DNA from: an uncultured bacterium
GTDB lineage: Bacteria; Chlamydiota; Chlamydiia; Chlamydiales; SM23-39
Length of the DNA: 64,000 bases
Assembly: GCA_963716985.1 (NCBI GenBank)
Contig: OY970323.1
Span: 64,001 to 128,000, forward strand
Direction: 5' to 3'
The position numbers and the translations under genes are program-made. This document shows positions 43,101-53,199 of the stretch, piece by piece; positions within the stretch are counted from its first letter, which is position 1; every line of letters starts with the position of its first letter. The notes under the pieces are model-generated. The model worked only from the letters and a program-made list of their open reading frames with translations, searched no databases and was not told the origin of the DNA.

Positions 43101-43270
43101 GTCACACCCCACCAAAAGTCACATTCAAGCAACAATTGATAGTCGTAGAGAAGCTTGACTTCCTTTCTGCCGAAACTAAGCGCCTTGAATTCATTTATCA
43201 ACAAAAACTTGCCGCACTAGATGAACTGAAAAAATCTCTATTTTACCAAGCCTTCGCTGGGAACCTATAG
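40186..43270 (+). pseudogene. hsdS: type I R-M specificity subunit split by an IS
   Basis: Two TRDs; PLPEQQRIV; frame resumes after the IS as PKVTFKQQ...KKSLFYQAFAGNL*. Confidence 0.9.
41200..43111 (-). mobile_element. 1912-bp IS, Mutator-like/unclassified DDE, two overlapping ORFs (42579-42944 and 41228-42652)
   Basis: TIR TGGGGTGTGACAAA/TTTGTCACACCCCA; 9-bp TSD CCAAAAGTC; motifs IDNS, ADDG, DTIH, IESLFG. Confidence 0.88.
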
Positions 43271-43278
43271 GCCGGCCC

Positions 43279-46200
43279 ATGAACGAAGCCGAAACCAGAG
43301 CAGAACATATTGATCCCGCGCTGAAGGCGGCTGGTTGGGGCGTTGTTGAAAATAGCAGGATTCTGCGCGAATATTCCATTACTCCTGGCCGGATCGAAGG
43401 TCGTGGACGACGTGGAAAGCCTCTCAGCGCCGATTACGTGTTGGTCTATCGCAACCGAAAGATCGCCGTCATTGAGGCCAAACCGTGGGATCAAGCATTG
43501 ACTGAAGGCGTTGCTCAGGCCAAGGACTACGCATCGAAGCTGGCCATCCGTTTCACCTACTCCTCAAACGGCCAAGGTATTTACTGTATCGACATGGAGA
43601 CTGGAAAAGAGAGTGAAGAATCGCGCTATCCCACGCCGGATGAACTTTGGGATATGACATTTGCTAAAGCAAACGCATGGCGTGACCGTTTCGCCGAAGT
43701 GCCATTTGAGGACAAAGGCGGTTCATTTTCAAGTCGGTATTATCAAGATATCGCTGTTGAACGAGTGATGGAAGCGATTGCAGAAGATCGCCAACGCATT
43801 CTTCTTACTCTTGCCACAGGAACAGGGAAAACGTTCATCGCATTCCAGATTGCATGGAAATTGTTCCAAAGCCGCTGGAATCTGAATCGCGATCCGTCCC
43901 GCCGACCGCGCATCCTCTTTCTCGCCGACCGAAACATCCTCGCCAACCAGGCATTCAATGCATTCTCCTCTTTTCCCGAAGACGCATTAATCCGGATTGA
44001 TCCGAAGGAGATTCGCAAGAATGCCAAGGTGCCGAAAAATGGCAATTTATTTTTCACAATTTTTCAGACCTTTATGAGTGGGCCGCCCAAAGAAGGTCAA
44101 CCATCTCCCTATTTTGGGGAGTACCCACCTGACTTCTTCGATTTCATCATCATTGACGAGTGCCATCGTGGCGGTGCGAATGACGAAAGCAATTGGCGCG
44201 ATATTCTGGAATATTTTTCTCCAGCTGTTCAGCTCGGATTAACGGCCACGCCGAAGCGTAAAGATAACGTGGATACTTACGATTATTTTGGCGAACCGGT
44301 CTACATTTACTCTCTGAAGGAAGGCATCAACGACGGGTTCCTCACGCCGTTTAAGGTAAACCAGATTTCCACGACACTTGACGAGTATGTCTATACCCCT
44401 GACGACGAGCTGATCGAAGGAGAAATCGAACCAGGGAAGCGTTATACAGAGGTCGATTTCAACAAGATTATTGAAATCACGCCGCGTGAAAAGAAGCGTG
44501 TTGAGATTTTCATGAATCTGATCAATCAAAATGAGAAGACTCTTGTATTCTGCGCCACGCAGGACCACGCCTTGGCGGTGCGAGACCTCATCAATCAGAT
44601 GAAGACGAGCAAAGATCCCGGCTACTGCCAACGAGTGACTGCCAATGATGGAGTGTTGGGCGATCAATACCTCCGCGCTTTTCAGGACAACGAGAAAACG
44701 ATTCCGACTATCCTTACCACTTCACAAAAGCTCTCGACTGGCGTAGACGCCCGTAATATCCGCAACATCGTTCTCATGCGACCAGTCAACTCAATGATCG
44801 AATTTAAGCAAATCATCGGCCGCGGCACGCGGCTATACGATGGTAAGGACTACTTCACGATTTATGATTTTGTGAGGGCACATCAACGTTTCCAAGATCC
44901 GGAATGGGACGGCCCCCCGGAAGAAGAACTCCCCTGTTCCAGGTGTGGTTTTCGGCCTTGTGAATGCGAAAGGAGACCTTCGCAACCATGTTCTAAGTGC
45001 GGCCAACATCCTTGCGAATGCCCGAAGGAGCCTTGTCCTGTTTGCGGGAAGCTCGATTGTGAGTGCAGAAAAAAGATAAAAACAAAAGTGAAGCTCGCTG
45101 ATGGCAAGGGCTATTCGTTTAATTTCGTCCAGTTGGTAGCTTAAGCCGCCTGCTTTTCCATGCCATTTTTTGCCCGTCTCTTGTGATTTTTTCTGGGTCT
45201 CGGCAATTCCACCTTATCTAATAACCATGTGAACAGATCTCGAGGTTTTTGTTCGAAAAACCTTTCTGCCGCAGTAGTGCCATCCGCTCGTCGTATAAAA
45301 AAATTGTGCAACACTGTTAAGACCGTGAGTGTATGTGCAGTCAATCGCCGAAATGCATGGAATTTTAATGACAACTGGCCATTTCTACCCTCCACACATG
45401 AGCTCGATCGTTGAAAAATTTGGGCGCATTCCAAGGCTCTACGCCACCATTCTACCTGCATAGAGCAATTTATTCCGCCCCATAACAGATTCTGTTTGAG
45501 GCCTTCTTCCAATTTGCGTAAAGTTGTCTTTATCGCTTCTTTTCGGACCTTCTTTTTAGTTCTTTGCAAACAGAGCTTTAAGTACTCTATCGCAACAAGC
45601 TTCTCGAATAACTGCCCATGCCACTCATCTAGTCCCATAGACTTGATTTGGACTGCAAGGAAGGAAAAGAAAAAACACAGCACGGCAATCATAGAGAGCA
45701 GCGATCCCTTGGATTTTTCCAGTTTTTTCTTTTGCTTGTCTGTGCAATCAGCCTCTTTGGCTACAGTTTCAAGCGTCTCGTAGGCAGTCTCAATCTTCGC
45801 TTTAACCTCCTCTGGAGCCTGCTTATCTCCTGTATCTAAACTGAAGGGATGATAAGCATGAGTGATGGCTCGTCTTGCTTCCTGAGCCATTCTATACTGC
45901 TTTTCGGTTGCCTCTATTTTCTTGCGATTCGCTTTTTCCTCTTTTTCTATTTCAAGAAGCCGATTTCCCACATTTATCCCTCTCTTAGATAGCTCTTCAA
46001 CCCCACCTGCACGTTTCAACTGATCTCCAAATTTATTCAACGCTTCAAGTTTTTCTTTTTGCAAATCCTCTTGTTGCTTCTTCACTTGCTGGACAGTTCT
46101 TGCCAAGTGGCTTGTAAGTCCCTTGGTGATCTCTTGTTGGACATGAAAAAGATCCGAGCCCTTTATGACGTTCAGTGAATGGGTGGCAAGTTTTTTGAGT

Positions 46201-47658
46201 CCTGATGCCTCATCTCCCACTAACTGATATAAAGTGACATTCAATCCCTTGAGAGCAGATTGCGTGACCTTATGCCAGGTCTCAGCATCTCTTTGTTCTT
46301 CAAGCTGCTCTGCTAAAATATAGCCAGAGATCGGCTCCATCAAGATGAGAGTCATATCATCCATTATAAAGTTTTCATCAAGAGCTCCTGGGATGTTTTT
46401 ATGTGGCATTTGTTTTGCAAGCCTTTCGAACTCTTCCTTCCCAAATACTGCCACCTGTTGGCCGAGCGTCTTGCAAACCTTCTGCAATGCAGACTCAGAG
46501 GTCCCTACAAATGTGTTTATATCAACTCTTTCAAAAAAATCATGGAGCTCTGGAATACCGCTATTTCCATTCAGATGGAAATGCATACAAGTGGCTAAAA
46601 CCATATTATGCAACCAGGTTTGTCCGGAGGGAGATTCGAAAAAATGTACGACAGCCGGATCTCGCCTTCCATTAAGTGCTTTCTTCCGATCGATCCAGTG
46701 TTGCAAGGAAGTTCTGGGAATGTTATATTTTTTAGCTAGATTGCGCTGAGATAGGCCTCTTGCTTCATCTATAACCTTAGCCTGCGTGGATCGACCGATG
46801 ATGCAATATTTTCTGGGCTTTTTTGCTTCCGTTTGACATGCTGTTTCCATAAGGCTTGCTCTTTCTTTATTTTTTTGTCCAAAAAAATTTTACTGAGCAA
46901 GTCCTTTTTATTTAAATATTTAAATGTCAGTTTCTGGAGAAATCAAGCTTGTGGGGAATCTCGGCAGAATCCTAGATAGCGTTCAACAGAAAAGAATCCC
47001 AAGAGACGGGCAAAAAATAGCATGGAAAAGCAAGCGGCTTAAGCTACCAACTGGACGAAATTAAACGAATAGCCATGGCAAGGAGCGTACCATTCAGTAT
47101 ATGACGGCCACTTCTTTTTGGCATCATGATGGAACGCCAATGTCCGCGCAACAGTTCATGGAACAGCTTTTCGGTAAACTGCCTGATTTTTTCAAAGATG
47201 AAGAGGAACTCCGCACGTTGTGGAGCATGCCGGATACGAGGAAGAAACTTTTGCAGGGACTCGCTGAGAAAGGTTTTGGCTGCGAGCAACTAGCCGAGAT
47301 GCAGAAAATCATTAACGCCGAGAAGAGCGATCTGTTCGACGTTTTGGCCTACGTAGCCTATGCTCTTCCCCCGTTGACCCGCGAAGAACGAGCATCACGA
47401 GCCAAGGTCATTATCAGTCAGGATTTCAATAGCAACCAGCAAATCTTTCTCGATTTTGTGTTATCGCACTATGTCAATATCGGCGTAGAGGAGCTTGATC
47501 AGGATAAGCTGAACCTCTTATTGCGGCTCAAGTATCACAACTCTATTGCCGATGCTGTTGTCAAACTAGGGCAACCGGCGGAGATTGGCAAAGTGTTCTC
47601 TAGCTTCCAAAAGTATTTGTACCAACGACCGGACAACCGAATAGTTTGCAGACGCTAA
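43279..47658 (+). pseudogene. hsdR: type I R-M restriction subunit (EcoEI-like C-terminus) split by an IS
   Basis: IEAK, ATGTGKT, DECHR, LTATP, QIIGRGTR; rejoins as ADGK-ERTIQYMTATSF. Confidence 0.92.
45109..47074 (-). mobile_element. 1966-bp IS with 75-bp TIRs encoding a DUF6399-like transposase (45141-46850)
   Basis: TIRs 45109-45183 and 47000-47074 (2 mismatches); 8-bp TSD ATGGCAAG; LDE, VGD, DLFH, RSSSCVEGRNG. Confidence 0.9.
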
Positions 47659-47733
47659 AAAACCTCATCGACCTGCTACTCAAAATATTCTCGATTAATC
47701 TCGAATTGATTATACTCATCTTTTTGAGGATAA

Positions 47734-48183
47734 ATGGAAAAGGTTCGAATCTATTGCGACTCCGGGGCTGATATTTCGAAGTTAAAAAACGTTGAAGTTC
47801 AGTGCGAATTTTATCAATTCCCATACGACTCTCCGGATCGACCTAAAAAGCCGCTTCTGCTTGCCAAACCTTCGGAAGCGCAATGGAGGGATTGTCATGC
47901 TGCTTGGATGGAATTTTCCGAGATAACTTGGGATGATTTCAAAGGAAGCCCTCTTCATCTACAAATCGAAACCATTATAGGACCAGACAATCGACGCGAT
48001 GTTTTGCATTTTGACTCTGCGTATAAGTCTGAATGTTCGATCTTTCTAACTTCCGATAAAGGAGACATCTGGTCGAAAAGGACAATCTTGGAAGCCCTCA
48101 CAGGGATAAAAACCTTTTGCACTCCGCTTGAACTGCAAGCGGTTCTCGAATGTTTTTCTCTGCTAAGTAAACACCAAGCATGA
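47734..48183 (+). CDS. hypothetical protein, PIN-like fold
   Basis: IYCDS near the N-terminus; RDVLHFDSAY....FLTSD near the C-terminus. Confidence 0.55.
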   Translation: MEKVRIYCDSGADISKLKNVEVQCEFYQFPYDSPDRPKKPLLLAKPSEAQWRDCHAAWMEFSEITWDDFKGSPLHLQIETIIGPDNRRDVLHFDSAYKSECSIFLTSDKGDIWSKRTILEALTGIKTFCTPLELQAVLECFSLLSKHQA

Positions 48184-48330
48184 AATCGCGACAGTTTGTC
48201 GTTGTCCCGCCACCCCTTTCCCTTGCTCAACCAAAAATAAGCGATTGTGGGGCAAACGAAACCTCAAACCGTCGACACAGAAAACGGGCAGAGATATACT
48301 CCTCCACCTATTCTCAGGCTGGGAAACTTT

Positions 48331-49695
48331 ATGACGACTCTTCAAAACGCTGTGGCAGTGACTGACTACGACGCATTGCTCGCTGAACTTTGGAACCAAC
48401 CCGAAGATAGGGTCGATTTCAAAGAACCATTCCGATTAGACCAGGCCCCTAAAAAACAGGTCTGCGGTCTCGTAAAGGATATCTTAGGAATGTCGAACCG
48501 AGCTGGAGGTGGATTCATTATCATCGGGAAAAAAGATGTTACCGGAGAAGCAATTAACTGTGATGAAGATATAGTCAAGTCCTTCGATACTACAAAAGTG
48601 CATGATAAGGTTCGCTTCCATGGAAAGCCAGAACCCACTTTCAATATCCACTCGGGAACATCTCCCGCTGGAACTACCGCTATTATCATCCACGTAAAAG
48701 AATTCCCCGAGGTACCCGTAATTTGCTCGCAAACCATTTCCTTCACAGAAGATAAAGGTCCTCCTATCCTTCGCGAAGGCGCTCTATACATCAGAAGCAA
48801 AACTGGAAATGCGCGAACTTGCGAAGTTTCGTCTGAACAGGATATGCGGGATCTGATTGACCGAGCTGTCCTCAAAAGCGGAAAAAAACTTACGACAGCT
48901 TTTGAAGATCTAATCGGCCGATACTTGCACGGGGGAATAGTTGACCCTATGGAAAAAAAAGAGGCTGTTCGGAGCTGGCAGAAGGAACAAGACCTAATTT
49001 GCAAAAAACTGGAGACATTACCTACTCTCTCCGATCCGATCCTACAAATCATTGTTCATCCTGGTGATTATGAAAAAAATCTGTTCGATACCAAAACCCT
49101 ACAAAGTAAACTAAGCAGGTCGGCTTCTTTTCATCGCGGCTGGTCATTTCCTTGCCCTGACTTCGAAATCACCAAAGAAGCGTATGATTTCAGCGAAGGG
49201 CTTCTCATTCATGCCTCCAGCAAAAATTTTCGCGACGGAGAATTACATTCTGTTTTTGGTCTGAATACCTCAGGCCTAATGGTCTACCGAGAAGAGATGT
49301 CATCCGCTTATGACGCAAATAGGGCTGGTAAGCCTCTCTTAGTGTTATGGGTTTTTTTGACCATTTATAGAGCAACAGGCTTTCTGGCCGGGTTATTCGA
49401 CTTTATGCCAAAAACCAGTCAACTTAAAATTCAACTCTTACTCTCGGACACTTATCAACGGCTGCCTTGCACTCATGTCTATCTGCCGCTAGATCATCCA
49501 ATGGCTTTTTTTAAGGCTACGCAGATCTCTGCCCCAAAAATTTCATTTGAAATTGAGGTGACCCGCGAAGAAATCTCTGTCGATCCAGTCGAGGTAACTT
49601 TTAAGGCAGCCAGGAAAATTATTGAGTTTACAGATGCTCAGATATCCGATCAGCAGCTTAGGGCTGAAATCGAAAAAATCGCCGATCCAGCCTAA
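48331..49695 (+). CDS. Schlafen/AlbA_2-domain protein with uncharacterised C-terminal domain
   Basis: E..VDFK, KDILGMSN.AGGGFIIIG, LYIR. Confidence 0.8.
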   Translation: MTTLQNAVAVTDYDALLAELWNQPEDRVDFKEPFRLDQAPKKQVCGLVKDILGMSNRAGGGFIIIGKKDVTGEAINCDEDIVKSFDTTKVHDKVRFHGKPEPTFNIHSGTSPAGTTAIIIHVKEFPEVPVICSQTISFTEDKGPPILREGALYIRSKTGNARTCEVSSEQDMRDLIDRAVLKSGKKLTTAFEDLIGRYLHGGIVDPMEKKEAVRSWQKEQDLICKKLETLPTLSDPILQIIVHPGDYEKNLFDTKTLQSKLSRSASFHRGWSFPCPDFEITKEAYDFSEGLLIHASSKNFRDGELHSVFGLNTSGLMVYREEMSSAYDANRAGKPLLVLWVFLTIYRATGFLAGLFDFMPKTSQLKIQLLLSDTYQRLPCTHVYLPLDHPMAFFKATQISAPKISFEIEVTREEISVDPVEVTFKAARKIIEFTDAQISDQQLRAEIEKIADPA

Positions 49696-49724
49696 CGGCG
49701 TCTCTTTTTTAGGGTGCAAAAACA

Positions 49725-49837
49725 GTGAGGTCAGCTCTGTTGAACGGGGTAAAAGGAACCTTTCGCTTGAGAACATCGGCAAGTTGGCCAAAGCGCTAGA
49801 GTGCACAATCGGCGATTTGGTGTCTTTTTTAAAATGA
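49725..49837 (+). pseudogene. XRE/C-protein HTH C-terminal remnant
   Basis: VSSVERGKRNLSLENIGKLAKALE with no intact N-terminus. Confidence 0.65.
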
Positions 49838-49840
49838 CTC

Positions 49841-50740
49841 TTACGATATGTTCTTGATCTGGTCAATAAAAGTGAGAAGATGATCTTTAGATACTACAAA
49901 AACTGTTTTGTTATGAGAGCCTTTAAAGCGTTTATCATCTTGGAATCGGTTCCCCCAAGCAGGTTGCCCTATGTGAGGAAGGACTTTTTCGTATTCGTTA
50001 CCCCATTTCAAAATTTCAGAATGATTAAAAGCGGCAACCTCAATTGATTCTAAGGTTATTTTGCTTAAGTTTATTTTAGAGTCGACATCCGAACTGCTAT
50101 AACGGCCGGAAAGAAGTTTAGCGTTTGTGACAATGATGGAGATGAAAATGCGGTGTGATGCGCTCCAAGAATCGTCATCTAGATGACTGTGAATCAAAAT
50201 TTCAGTGTTAAAGAGAGCTTGTCTAAGAGCGGCGCGAACTAACTCATCCCTAGAGCTACGCACAGGCAGAATTTCTTGGGTTTTGCCTTTAGGGGGCTGT
50301 TTGCAAAGGATTGGCTTGGCGTCGTCAGCCAGTACTTCTACAGCCTGTTTGCTTACACAATCGACGAAATTTAGGATTCTGTTGTGAACAGAGACAGTTT
50401 TATTCGGCCCTGAGATCAGGTGGACGTCTTTTGCCGCATCCTGATCTTGCGGGAAAATCCAATCATACTCAGATCTCTTTGATTCAATAAGGAAAACGAA
50501 GTTGCCGCTTTTTATCCATAAATCGATTTCTGTTCTACTGTTATCTCGATGTGGGGCTCCTTGAAAAACCTCCCCGCGATGAAGAATGGCACCATGTTTA
50601 TTTCTGGAGAGAATCTCGTAAACAGCGTCCTCGAGAAGGAAGCCTTCTCGATTTAGAAGACTAAGCAGCACCTGCTGTTCATTTGGATCTTCATACCAAT
50701 TGCGAATTGCGCGTTGTTGATTTTGAGCTGTTGCGGTCAT
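49841..50740 (-). CDS. restriction endonuclease-like PD-(D/E)XK protein
   Basis: GFLLE, EIDL, IESKR, IIVTNA. Confidence 0.65.
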   Translation of the reverse strand: MTATAQNQQRAIRNWYEDPNEQQVLLSLLNREGFLLEDAVYEILSRNKHGAILHRGEVFQGAPHRDNSRTEIDLWIKSGNFVFLIESKRSEYDWIFPQDQDAAKDVHLISGPNKTVSVHNRILNFVDCVSKQAVEVLADDAKPILCKQPPKGKTQEILPVRSSRDELVRAALRQALFNTEILIHSHLDDDSWSASHRIFISIIVTNAKLLSGRYSSSDVDSKINLSKITLESIEVAAFNHSEILKWGNEYEKVLPHIGQPAWGNRFQDDKRFKGSHNKTVFVVSKDHLLTFIDQIKNIS

Positions 50741-50873
50741 CGCTTTCCCTTCAGCTACTCTTCGATTTAACTTTATGTGCTGTGGTATCATCCACCACCC
50801 ATCCACCACCTAGCATAAATTTGAGTGGTTATTGGAACTCGTGCGTTGAACATAACTCATTCGTATAAAAAAA

Positions 50874-50920
50874 TCTGGGTGAGAGGATTTGAACCTCCGA
50901 CCTCTTGCACCCCATGCAAG
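50874..50920 (-). other. att core: 3' 47 nt of tRNA-Pro(GGG)
   Basis: Minus strand CTTGC-ATGGGGT-GCAAG anticodon arm, GGTTCAAATCC T-arm, CACCCAGA end; 5' half absent. Confidence 0.9.
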
Positions 50921-51083
50921 GTTTTTGCTGTTTTTTGCCACATCAACCCGTCTCGTTTTGTGTCATCCATTTCCGTATAACATTCTCTCATTTCTTGATT
51001 TGAATCAACTTTTTGTCTTATGTTGATGCAACATGGTTTATGTGGACTTGCCTGCCACATACCTGCCACAGAAAGGAAGGCGT

Positions 51084-51923
51084 ATGAATAGGATTTTTAT
51101 CGCCCTGGGTTCCCAGGAGAAATTCGCAAAGCTTGGTGCCTTCAACGTGACGGTTGATGGCGATGAGGTGGATCTCTACTACAACCTCGACCTCGGCGAT
51201 CATCGTACAAGCATGTTTGATGTCGATAGCGGAACTTACAAGGATTTGGCAAAGGCGCATCGCTCCTTTCACTACTCAGGACGAGGGCACTTCAAAGAAA
51301 CAACGAAACGCGGTACGCGCCCCCTTTTTATTGGTCACATCTCAGATGGAAGTGTATTGAATAGTCCTGATAAGGATCCTTTGATTTTGGGAGTAGAGTC
51401 GTTCTTTTTCGATCTAGCGGCAACTGCGGGTGCAACTGAGTCAAACACGTTATTTTTGCGGCCGCCGAACGGGGTTAAGCAATATTCCGTTCTTTGGCTG
51501 TGGATGCCTGCTGATGCTCTAAAAATAATCCCTCCTCGATGGTTTTATGTGAACCTCTGGCATCCAATAGGTGGTTACGATACTTTTCGCACTGCTGCCA
51601 TTGCAGACATGGCGATTACGCGAGAAACCCAAACAATCCTGACAGTCAATGGATGGGAGGTTAGGGCACTTTTTCTTAAGACATTGCTGCCGGTTATGAT
51701 TCAGGGCGTGATATTGGCTCATCCCCAAGGGAAAGAATGTCCATGGCGAGCTTGGGCTTCCCTAGATGCGCACCTTCCCCTTTCTCAAATGGTGCGCTTT
51801 GAGGCGTTCAAGAAAAAACCACTGATTACTACAGAGCATCACAAAATAGCCGAAGAGGCCAGAACGCCGTCGAATTGGGTAAAAAAGAAGGAGGTTGCAG
51901 ATGGAACGAATTCCACGAACTAA
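51084..51923 (+). CDS. hypothetical protein
   Basis: Long ORF with GGAAGG RBS; no recognised motif. Confidence 0.55.
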   Translation: MNRIFIALGSQEKFAKLGAFNVTVDGDEVDLYYNLDLGDHRTSMFDVDSGTYKDLAKAHRSFHYSGRGHFKETTKRGTRPLFIGHISDGSVLNSPDKDPLILGVESFFFDLAATAGATESNTLFLRPPNGVKQYSVLWLWMPADALKIIPPRWFYVNLWHPIGGYDTFRTAAIADMAITRETQTILTVNGWEVRALFLKTLLPVMIQGVILAHPQGKECPWRAWASLDAHLPLSQMVRFEAFKKKPLITTEHHKIAEEARTPSNWVKKKEVADGTNSTN

Positions 51924-53199
51924 CGCCGATGACTACTGCCGGAAACTGGAACCTCGAGATAAGCCGCTCTATATCCATGATTCACAAGTCAAGGGGCTTG
52001 TCTTTCGCATTATGCCTACCGGCTCGAAATCTTGGATATTACGGTATCACTTCAAGGAAGGCGATGAGTGGAAGCAACGCAAGACCGGCCTCGGCCCCTT
52101 TCGCCAAGGGCGCAACGATGTTACCGGCCTCACAGTACCCGCGGCGCGTATCGAGGCTGAGCGGCTCAAAAAGGAAATCAAATACGAAGGTGCCGATCCA
52201 ATCGAAGATCGACGGCAGCGAGCTAATGATCGAGCCCGTGAGCAAGCCGGCAAGGTTCTCGTCAAAGGCCTCTTCGAACGTTGGGCGACTACAGATCTCA
52301 TCAACCGCAAAGATAAGGGCGCTGAGGCTCGCCGCATGATGTTGAAAGACGTTCTCCCCTTCATAGGCGATCTCAATATCAAAGATGTTCGCAAGGGCCA
52401 CATCGCCGAGATCACTGATCGCCTACTTCAACGAGGGGTTAATCGGATGGCTAAGGTCGTTTTCAGTCTCACTCGCCAGATGTTTCGTTTTGCTGTCACT
52501 CGCGATCTTCTCGAATCGGACCCAACAGCATTGCTCAGCAAAAAGAACATCGGTGGAGCGAATGTAGAAAGAGAGCGAGTTCTTGATGAAGATGAAATCA
52601 AGGAGTTGGCCAAGAAACTGCCCGCCGCCAATATGGCAGAAACAGCAACTCTTGCGGTTTGGATAGTCCTTGCCACGTGCTGTCGAATTGGAGAGCTACT
52701 CAAAGCTCGTTGGGATCACGTGGATCTTGAGCGCAAATTTTGGCGAATCCCAGCGCAAAACAGCAAGAATAATAGAGAGCATATTGTTTATTTATCTTCT
52801 TTTGCTGCCTGTCATTTCACCACACTTAAGGAGTTGACGGGCGCTGGAGAATGGTGCTTTCCAGCATGCCGCAAAAGCGACGGCCTCAGTTCCAATACAG
52901 TGACGAAGCAAATCACAGATCGTCAGAGAAACAGTGAGGGGCATAAAAATAGAAGCAAGCAAATTGGAGCGCTCAAGCTTTCCCGAGGAATTTGGAAGCC
53001 ACACGACTTGCGCCGCACAGGAGCCACTCTCATGAATGCCTTGGGCGTTCTTCCTGAGGTCGCCGAGCGATGCTTGAATCATATGGAAGAAAACAAGATA
53101 AAACGGATTTACCAGCGCTATGGCTATGAGGCTGAAATGCGGCAGGCATGGGAAAAGCTCGGTGAACGGTTAAGTCTATTAACCAGAGCGGCGCCATGA
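51901..53199 (+). CDS. tyrosine integrase with N-terminal arm-binding domain (P4-like)
   Basis: D..VKGL...GSKSW arm domain; catalytic CRIGE, K, HDLRRT, LNH, Y. Confidence 0.95.
   Translation: MERIPRTNADDYCRKLEPRDKPLYIHDSQVKGLVFRIMPTGSKSWILRYHFKEGDEWKQRKTGLGPFRQGRNDVTGLTVPAARIEAERLKKEIKYEGADPIEDRRQRANDRAREQAGKVLVKGLFERWATTDLINRKDKGAEARRMMLKDVLPFIGDLNIKDVRKGHIAEITDRLLQRGVNRMAKVVFSLTRQMFRFAVTRDLLESDPTALLSKKNIGGANVERERVLDEDEIKELAKKLPAANMAETATLAVWIVLATCCRIGELLKARWDHVDLERKFWRIPAQNSKNNREHIVYLSSFAACHFTTLKELTGAGEWCFPACRKSDGLSSNTVTKQITDRQRNSEGHKNRSKQIGALKLSRGIWKPHDLRRTGATLMNALGVLPEVAERCLNHMEENKIKRIYQRYGYEAEMRQAWEKLGERLSLLTRAAP

Noticed and set aside
40186..43270. Phase-variable hsdS shufflon
   Set aside because: The split is fully explained by an IS with TIRs and TSD; no silent TRDs, inverted repeats or invertase.
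50874..50950. Complete tRNA-Pro gene
   Set aside because: D-arm and 5' acceptor strand are absent; only the 3' 47 nt match, so it is treated as an att core.
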